From assembly GCA_041659405.1 (NCBI GenBank), contig JBAZYK010000004.1:60001-92000 (forward strand): a DNA stretch of 32,000 bases, written 5' to 3'. The position numbers and the translations under genes are program-made. The notes under the pieces are model-generated. The model saw nothing but the letters and a program-made list of their open reading frames with translations. It made no database searches and was not told the origin of the DNA. The DNA is from Candidatus Altimarinota bacterium. GTDB lineage: Bacteria > Patescibacteriota > Gracilibacteria > UBA1369. Below are positions 26,684 to 32,000 of this stretch, one piece after another; positions within the stretch are counted from its first letter, which is position 1; each line of letters opens with the position of its first letter.

Positions 26684-28333
26684 TTAATAAATTTCCTTCA
26701 AATAACATTCTTCACAAAGCACTGTTTCCGGCCTTTTCGGAGCGTAAGTTGACTGAAGTTTTTTTGAACAGTTGCTGCAAATTCTTTCAAAAAGTTGTCG
26801 TGGATTACGAATCTGCATCCTTTGTTTATGCCTGCACTCTGAGCAAATTCTTGGCACAGGAATATCCATTTTACGATAAAACTGCAATTCTTGATTAACA
26901 ATTTTGAAATTCTTATGACAATCCAAACAGAGCAAAATTTCGTTAACCATTGCATCTGTAAAATCTTTAATTTGATCCGGAATTTTCAACCTTTGAGGTT
27001 GTGCAGTTTTTTCATCTTCATCCTTCCACTGGAATTTTTCTTTTAGTGCCTGCTCTTTTGTCAGAGGATAATAAGCAGAAGAAGTGGACTCATTATACCC
27101 AAAACAGGCTAAATCCTTTGGCAAAAACTTTCCCCATTCCCCATTTTTTTTCATGTGCTCAACAATTTTCGCATACAATTTTTCATAATCTTCTTTTGAA
27201 TATTTTTTATTTAAAATACAGTATTGCTGATTCTTAAGCCCTGTACAGCCCAAAAGATTTTGGGAATTTTGGATAAAATCGCAATATTGAATATTAGATG
27301 AATCCGCAATGAAAAATGAAAATTGAATATTATAACATTTCATAACAGACACACACTGATACAAAAGCTCAGCATCATCACCCAAAAGGCAGGACTGAAA
27401 ACAATCTTTTTCCTTGCTGGCGAAGATAATATTACGCAAATCCTGGCTTTCACTTACATCAAAACAGTTCTTACAATTTTTACTGTTTTTAATGTAATCA
27501 CCGCTGCAATCCTGGCAGGAAACAGTATGAATATATTTAACTTTTCGCTTCTTTAGTAAATCCAAAAAATCCCCAAAATTCTTTTGCTGCTGCACATAAG
27601 ACCCATTTATCAGCTCCTGCTTTTTTTGCAGATATTCTTCTTTTGAATATTTTTGATTATTGATGCAATAGGATTGATTAGCCAAATTTGTGCACAAAAT
27701 ACATTCGCTGCAACCAATACAGTCACTAATAAAATAACAATTATTACAGTTTTTTGAATCAAAAGTAACCCGGCAACCATATGAATTTAGAGTGTCTCCC
27801 ATCACATAACAAAGCTCGTTAAAATTGCTGTAATCAAGGTCAAGTGAGCCCACGTTGCTCATGCAAAGCGTGCCAAACAAACAGTTTTGATTAAAATCAC
27901 CACCAAAAATTAAATAACTGTCTTTATTTCCATAAGCACTATTGCAGTAATCGCTATTAACAGCATTTATATTTGTTAATGCCAGTCTTGGTACTTGCAA
28001 TTGTAATTCTTTAAACTGTTCAAAAAACGGCCTGTTAAAGTCAAAATCGCGACCATAAGAAAGCGCGTCCCATTTGTCACCGTACCAATAATCGCTTTTA
28101 TAAACCTTATATGGCTTGTCAGACGAATAGATAGAAATAATTGTCTCACCGGTTGCATCACATTTTCTTGTATACAGTGCCCGTTCATTTCTAAAACAAA
28201 GTCTTTGCTTTTGATCACATTCGAAGCATAATTCTTGTGGTTCAAATCCGAATTTTTTAAAACAATCCCAATCTTCCTGCTCGTAAGAAGAAGGCTTCTG
28301 GCACTCTTTGCAATTAAAAGTTACAATCGACAT
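26684..28333 (-). CDS. Cys-rich double zinc-ribbon/Cys-laddered repeat protein, paralog 7 of 7 (most divergent N-terminus)
   Basis: Starts MSIVTFNCKECQKPSSYEQEDWDCFKKFGFEPQELCFECDQKQRLCFRNERALYTRKCDATG. The track ORF extends to 28384, but the Met at 28333 aligns with the family. Confidence 0.85.
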   Translation of the reverse strand: MSIVTFNCKECQKPSSYEQEDWDCFKKFGFEPQELCFECDQKQRLCFRNERALYTRKCDATGETIISIYSSDKPYKVYKSDYWYGDKWDALSYGRDFDFNRPFFEQFKELQLQVPRLALTNINAVNSDYCNSAYGNKDSYLIFGGDFNQNCLFGTLCMSNVGSLDLDYSNFNELCYVMGDTLNSYGCRVTFDSKNCNNCYFISDCIGCSECILCTNLANQSYCINNQKYSKEEYLQKKQELINGSYVQQQKNFGDFLDLLKKRKVKYIHTVSCQDCSGDYIKNSKNCKNCFDVSESQDLRNIIFASKEKDCFQSCLLGDDAELLYQCVSVMKCYNIQFSFFIADSSNIQYCDFIQNSQNLLGCTGLKNQQYCILNKKYSKEDYEKLYAKIVEHMKKNGEWGKFLPKDLACFGYNESTSSAYYPLTKEQALKEKFQWKDEDEKTAQPQRLKIPDQIKDFTDAMVNEILLCLDCHKNFKIVNQELQFYRKMDIPVPRICSECRHKQRMQIRNPRQLFERICSNCSKKLQSTYAPKRPETVLCEECYLKEIY

Positions 28334-28396
28334 GTGAAATAAAAAATCTAAACGGATTATAATAATAGTAGTCCGTAAACGCAATTAACAACCTCC

Positions 28397-28435
28397 ACAA
28401 CCTTCGAGGTCGGCCCAACCTCAAAGGTCGGTTGT
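28397..28435. repeat. Nested inverted repeat in the paralog 7/sigma-factor divergent intergenic region
   Basis: Outer arms acaacc (28397-28402)/ggttgt (28430-28435); inner arms gaggt (28406-28410)/acctc (28418-28422). Confidence 0.55.
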
Positions 28436-28465
28436 AAGAAATAGTCCAATAACCCGTCATAAGAT

Positions 28466-28981
28466 ATGCAAAACATGAATCCCGAAGAAATTGAAAAGGA
28501 GTTTGTAAAAACCTACGATCTGTATGCTGATGCCATTTTTAGGCACTGTTACTTCCGCATTAACGACCGTGAAAGGGCCAAAGATTTAATGCAGGAGGTC
28601 ATGATTAAAGGCTGGCTTTACCTTAAAGAAGGCCAAAAAATTGATAACATCCGGGCGCTCCTTTATAAAATTGCCCACAACATTATCATTGATGAAATCA
28701 GAAAAAAGAAAGCGGTTTCGTTGGATACTTTAAAAGAACAGGGATTTGAACCAGCGGACGAAAAAGATGAATCGGCCGAACTTGAAAAAATAATGGAGGT
28801 GGGAAAAGTTAAAGATTGCCTCCCCAAAATGAATCCAAAATATCGCGAAGTCATTGTAATGAGATACATAGATGAACTCTCAATCAAAGAAATGGCTGAA
28901 ACTCTGGCAGAATCGGAAAACGTCATCTCGGTCAGACTCAATCGCGCAACCAATCAACTTCGACAATTATTAAAAAATTAA
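28466..28981 (+). CDS. RNA polymerase sigma-70 family factor, ECF type
   Basis: 171 aa; YRINDRERAKDLMQEVMIKGW (sigma2) and MNPKYREVIVMRYIDELSIKEMAETLAESENVISVRLNRATNQLRQLL (sigma4). Confidence 0.93.
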   Translation: MQNMNPEEIEKEFVKTYDLYADAIFRHCYFRINDRERAKDLMQEVMIKGWLYLKEGQKIDNIRALLYKIAHNIIIDEIRKKKAVSLDTLKEQGFEPADEKDESAELEKIMEVGKVKDCLPKMNPKYREVIVMRYIDELSIKEMAETLAESENVISVRLNRATNQLRQLLKN

Positions 28982-28999
28982 GGCCTAACTTTAAAGAAT

Positions 29000-29908
29000 A
29001 TGAATAACAATTTTAAAAAATCAGTTGCGGATATCAGGCTTACACAAGAGGAAAAAGCCCTTGGCAAACAAAAACTTTTAAAGTTCATGCAGGCCAATCC
29101 CGTAAGAATTTCAAATTCAATACGTCATCAGAGTTGGTCGACATTAGTTCGATCAAATTTTAATTTCTTAACCAAAAATTTCATGAAAGCATTTCTCGTA
29201 AAACCTATCGGCGCAGTTCTGGGACTTCTGATAGTTGGTGGAATTGGCACAAGTTTTGCCGCTCAAGGTAGTATGCCTGGTGATGTCTTATATCCGGTAA
29301 AGATTCATTTCAACGAAAAAGTTGCCGAAATGGTTCAGTTTTCAACAAAAGCAAAGGCCGAAATTGCTTCAGCTCAGGCTCAAACTCGTTTAGAGGAAGC
29401 CGAGAAGTTGGCTGAACAGGGGAAATTGAATAGCGACATTCAGACTGAATTAACCGCTAATTTTAATGAAAAGGTAGCCAAAACAAAGGGTTTGTTTAAA
29501 AAGCAAAAAGCGGAAAATGATCAAGCTGGCGCTAAAGAAGTTCGTGGTAAATTTAATTCTTCTTTAAAAGCTCATCAAAAAGTTTTGGAAAATCTTGCCG
29601 CAAATGGCAGAGGCGACAGTCAGGCATCAGAAGTAATTAACGGGCTTATTACTAATGTGAAATCTTCCATTGATAATGAGAATGAACAGGATGACTTAGG
29701 CGCTAACAAGCAGGAAGATGCGCAAGAAGGAACTCAGGAATCCAATGATGAAGCTCAGGAAACTAATCAAACAACTCAGCCAAAAGTTAGTGTCCCATCG
29801 ACTTCAACTTCCGCCGAAATTAAAACCGAAGATCAGGCCGGACTTGAAACCAAAGATGGCACAGAGCTTAATGTAGAAACTGAAGATGACGTTAGGGTTG
29901 GGTTATAA
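29000..29908 (+). CDS. DUF5667-like membrane protein, possible anti-sigma partner
   Basis: 302 aa; TM VKPIGAVLGLLIVGGIGTSFAA followed by GSMPGDVLYPVKIHFNEKVAEMVQFS...AKAEIASAQAQTRLEEAEKLAEQGKL; 18 bp after the ECF sigma gene. Confidence 0.75.
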   Translation: MNNNFKKSVADIRLTQEEKALGKQKLLKFMQANPVRISNSIRHQSWSTLVRSNFNFLTKNFMKAFLVKPIGAVLGLLIVGGIGTSFAAQGSMPGDVLYPVKIHFNEKVAEMVQFSTKAKAEIASAQAQTRLEEAEKLAEQGKLNSDIQTELTANFNEKVAKTKGLFKKQKAENDQAGAKEVRGKFNSSLKAHQKVLENLAANGRGDSQASEVINGLITNVKSSIDNENEQDDLGANKQEDAQEGTQESNDEAQETNQTTQPKVSVPSTSTSAEIKTEDQAGLETKDGTELNVETEDDVRVGL

Positions 29909-29940
29909 TCTCAACAGAAATTTCCATCGTAAATAGACTA

Positions 29941-29974
29941 AAAAAGAGCTTCTTATTGAAAAGAGGCTCTTTTT
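29941..29974 (+). terminator. Strong rho-independent-type terminator of the sigma/DUF5667 operon
   Basis: aaaaagagcttctt / aagaggctcttttt, a 14-bp stem including one G-T(U) pair, loop attgaa, T-run. Confidence 0.88.
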
Positions 29975-30028
29975 GGATAATCATAGAGCCGACCAAAACA
30001 CACCACGACGTACAACTTAAATTTCCCC

Positions 30029-31189
30029 ATGCTCAAAACTCAACAGCAACTTTTGGAGGACGAAGCTAAAATATTGGCTTCTTATGCCATGAAAAATGCG
30101 GAAAGTGCCGGACGAGTTTATAAAGAGCCGGAAGATCCTTACAGATTACCTTTTCAACGTGATCGCGCCAGAATTATTCATTCCAAGTCTTTTAGAAGGC
30201 TGCAAGCCAAAACTCAGGTTTTTGTTTCTTATTTTGGCGATCATTATCGTGATCGCATGACACATTCAATTGAAGTCTCGCAAATTGCGCGCGACATTAG
30301 CCGAACTTTGGGTTTAAACGAGGATTTAAGCGAATGTTTGGCACTTGCCCATGATTTGGGTCACCCACCGTTTGGACATGGTGGAGAGGCCGCTTTGGAT
30401 GAAGTTTTGCAACCTTTTGGATTACATTTTGAGCACAATGAACAAAGTCGTCGCATCATTGAGAAACTTGAAAAAATTCATCCGGAATATGATGGACTTA
30501 ATGTCACTAAAGAGGTTTTGGATGGCTTACTTAAGCACCATCCGGAGCTATATAAAAAATATCTGGAGTTTGAAACTTCGCCACATTTGGAAGCCCAGGT
30601 TGTGGATCTTTCGGATGAAATTGCCTATACCAATCACGATATTGATGACGGTCTGCGCTCCGGATTGATTACGATTGAGCAATTACAGCAATTTACACTT
30701 TGGCAAAATGCGGAAAAAATGGTTAGTAACGAAATCGGAACAGGCATTTCATTAGAAGATAATGACAAAAAAGACCGATTTTATTTGCGGGTAATCAGCA
30801 CTTTAATTAAGTTGATGATTCATGATCTTTATTCTACGACCCATGAAAATCTTGAGCGGAATCAGATAAAAACGGTTCATGATGTTAGGGCGCATAAAGG
30901 AATGCTGGTTGGATTTAGCACGGAAATGAAACAACAATTGGCTGATCTGCGCGCATTTTTGATGAAAAATTATTATTTGAATCCCAAGGTTTCTGATGTA
31001 ATTGATAAAGGTAAGCAAATTTTGAAGGATCTTTTCCGGCATTACCTTGACCATCCGGAAAAATTGCCTCATCCTTCAGACGAAAACGTAAAAGCTTCCG
31101 AAAGGCTGGAGGTTGTGATAAAAGATTACTTGGCAGGCATGACCGATCATTATGCCGAAGAGATGCATTCAAAAATTACCAATTCCTAA
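30029..31189 (+). CDS. dgt: Deoxyguanosinetriphosphate triphosphohydrolase-like HD-domain protein
   Basis: 386 aa; DPYRLPFQRDRARIIHSKSFRRLQAKTQV, THSIEVSQIARDI, LAHDLGHPPFGHGGEAAL, DLSDEIAYTNHDIDDGLRSG. Confidence 0.93.
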   Translation: MLKTQQQLLEDEAKILASYAMKNAESAGRVYKEPEDPYRLPFQRDRARIIHSKSFRRLQAKTQVFVSYFGDHYRDRMTHSIEVSQIARDISRTLGLNEDLSECLALAHDLGHPPFGHGGEAALDEVLQPFGLHFEHNEQSRRIIEKLEKIHPEYDGLNVTKEVLDGLLKHHPELYKKYLEFETSPHLEAQVVDLSDEIAYTNHDIDDGLRSGLITIEQLQQFTLWQNAEKMVSNEIGTGISLEDNDKKDRFYLRVISTLIKLMIHDLYSTTHENLERNQIKTVHDVRAHKGMLVGFSTEMKQQLADLRAFLMKNYYLNPKVSDVIDKGKQILKDLFRHYLDHPEKLPHPSDENVKASERLEVVIKDYLAGMTDHYAEEMHSKITNS

Positions 31190-31198
31190 TCAACAAAA

Positions 31199-31645
31199 AT
31201 GGTCTGTCCAAAGTGCAAACAGGATGACACCAGAGTGCTGGATTCACGCGACACGCACGAGAAAAAAGAGATTCGTCGTCGTCGTGAATGTATTAAATGT
31301 CAGCACCGTTTTACCACTTTTGAAAGAGTGGAAACGGCCAATTTTATTGTTATTAAAAGAGACAATTCCCGTGAAAGTTATGACCGTGAAAAGCTGGCGC
31401 GCGGCGTTTGGAAAGCCTGCGAGAAAAGGCCGGTTACCCAGGAACGTGTCGAAAAACTATTAAATGAAATCGAAGAAGAATTGGGGAATTTTGGTAAAGA
31501 AATTCCCAGTAAAATGTTGGGCGAAGCACTCATGGAAAAGCTTAAGAAACTGGACGAAGTGGCTTACATCCGCTTTGCATCCGTGTATCGCCAATTTAAA
31601 GATTTGGAGAGTTTCAAAAAGGAACTCCAAAAATTGATTGACTAG
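31199..31645 (+). CDS. nrdR: Transcriptional repressor NrdR
   Basis: 148 aa; zinc ribbon MVCPKCKQDDTRVLDSR...RRRRECIKCQHRFTTFERVE followed by an ATP-cone-like domain. Confidence 0.96.
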   Translation: MVCPKCKQDDTRVLDSRDTHEKKEIRRRRECIKCQHRFTTFERVETANFIVIKRDNSRESYDREKLARGVWKACEKRPVTQERVEKLLNEIEEELGNFGKEIPSKMLGEALMEKLKKLDEVAYIRFASVYRQFKDLESFKKELQKLID

Positions 31646-31684
31646 AAAAACCGTCCCATCCGCATTTTTCAGCCATTTTTTTGT

Positions 31685-31713
31685 AATACAAAACTCGACG
31701 AAGAGTTGTATTT
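31685..31713. terminator. Hairpin downstream of nrdR, possible terminator
   Basis: atacaaaactc gacgaa gagttgtat followed by tttagt; stem with a 2-nt bulge. Confidence 0.5.
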
Positions 31714-31746
31714 AGTGTAAGAAGAAACCTAATCATCACTTTATAT

Positions 31747-31774
31747 TTGACATATATTCTGTATGTGTTATAAT
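31747..31774 (+). promoter_or_regulatory. Consensus sigma70-type promoter
   Basis: TTGACA at 31747-31752, 16-bp spacer, TATAAT at 31769-31774, followed about 30 bp later by a GTG-initiated ORF. Confidence 0.75.
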
Positions 31775-31803
31775 TTGATGATTCATTTATTTACATAAAA
31801 ACC

Positions 31804-32000
31804 GTGAAAAATCTTGATAAAAAAATTCTACTCTTCATTGTCTTCGGTCTTGTTTTTGCAACACCGGGACTTATGGCAAAACTTGCCAACTGGCAGGATC
31901 TTCAAAACAAAACAAACGAATTAAAAGCAAGTCCGGTTGTTTTGCAGGCTAATGTAAATAATCCAGTCGTGACTATAGTAAGCCAACAGCCGGTAACTCA
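31804..32000 (+). CDS. Truncated ORF at window end, predicted exported or membrane-anchored protein
   Basis: GTG start; (V/M)KNLDKKILLFIVFGLVFATPGLMAKLANWQDLQNKTNELKASPVVLQANVNNPVVTIVSQQPVT, open to the window edge. Confidence 0.6.
   Translation, partial: MKNLDKKILLFIVFGLVFATPGLMAKLANWQDLQNKTNELKASPVVLQANVNNPVVTIVSQQPVT

Noticed and set aside
12000-28333. Classical defence island interpretation
   Set aside because: Apart from one RelE-type TA pair and an orphan MazE-like gene, I see no nuclease, methyltransferase, helicase or other recognised defence effector. The Cys-rich array might still be defence-related, but nothing in the sequence shows it.
11971-28384. Many CxxC and several CxxCH motifs (e.g. 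CKECHKNF, CAECHKNY), suggesting multiheme cytochromes
   Set aside because: Most CxxC are not followed by His, no signal peptides are present, and the CxxCH cases sit in the zinc-ribbon modules where paralogs have other residues at the H position.
1-32000. Alternative genetic code (UGA reassigned to glycine, as in some CPR lineages)
   Set aside because: Complete conserved proteins read without internal UGA codons, and at least one paralog terminates at TGA in the expected position, fitting the standard bacterial code.

Overview
This AT-rich bacterial window most resembles Candidate Phyla Radiation/Patescibacteria gene content. That is an inference from style only, and no taxonomic marker was compared. 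Standard-code CDSs cover most of it. From left to right: (1) a Xer-like tyrosine recombinase; (2) a surface-protein region with four S-layer-homology (SLH) proteins and a DUF4143-type AAA ATPase; (3) a type IV secretion/conjugation-like ATPase; (4) a dispersed array at about 12-28.4 kb of seven paralogous, very Cys-rich proteins of about 550-580 aa, all on the minus strand, with no signal peptide. Each has a zinc-ribbon-like module at both ends and two central Cys-laddered repeat blocks; (5) plus-strand DNA-binding or regulatory genes set within or next to that array: a Phd/RelE-type toxin-antitoxin pair, an orphan AbrB/MazE-like protein, a TrmB-like regulator, and an ECF sigma factor with a DUF5667-like partner; (6) dgt and nrdR; (7) the start of a truncated ORF. 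The strongest candidate for an undescribed system is the seven-member Cys-rich family. Each of its four apparent leftward transcription units diverges from a rightward DNA-binding or regulatory gene. No tRNA, rRNA or CRISPR array was recognised.
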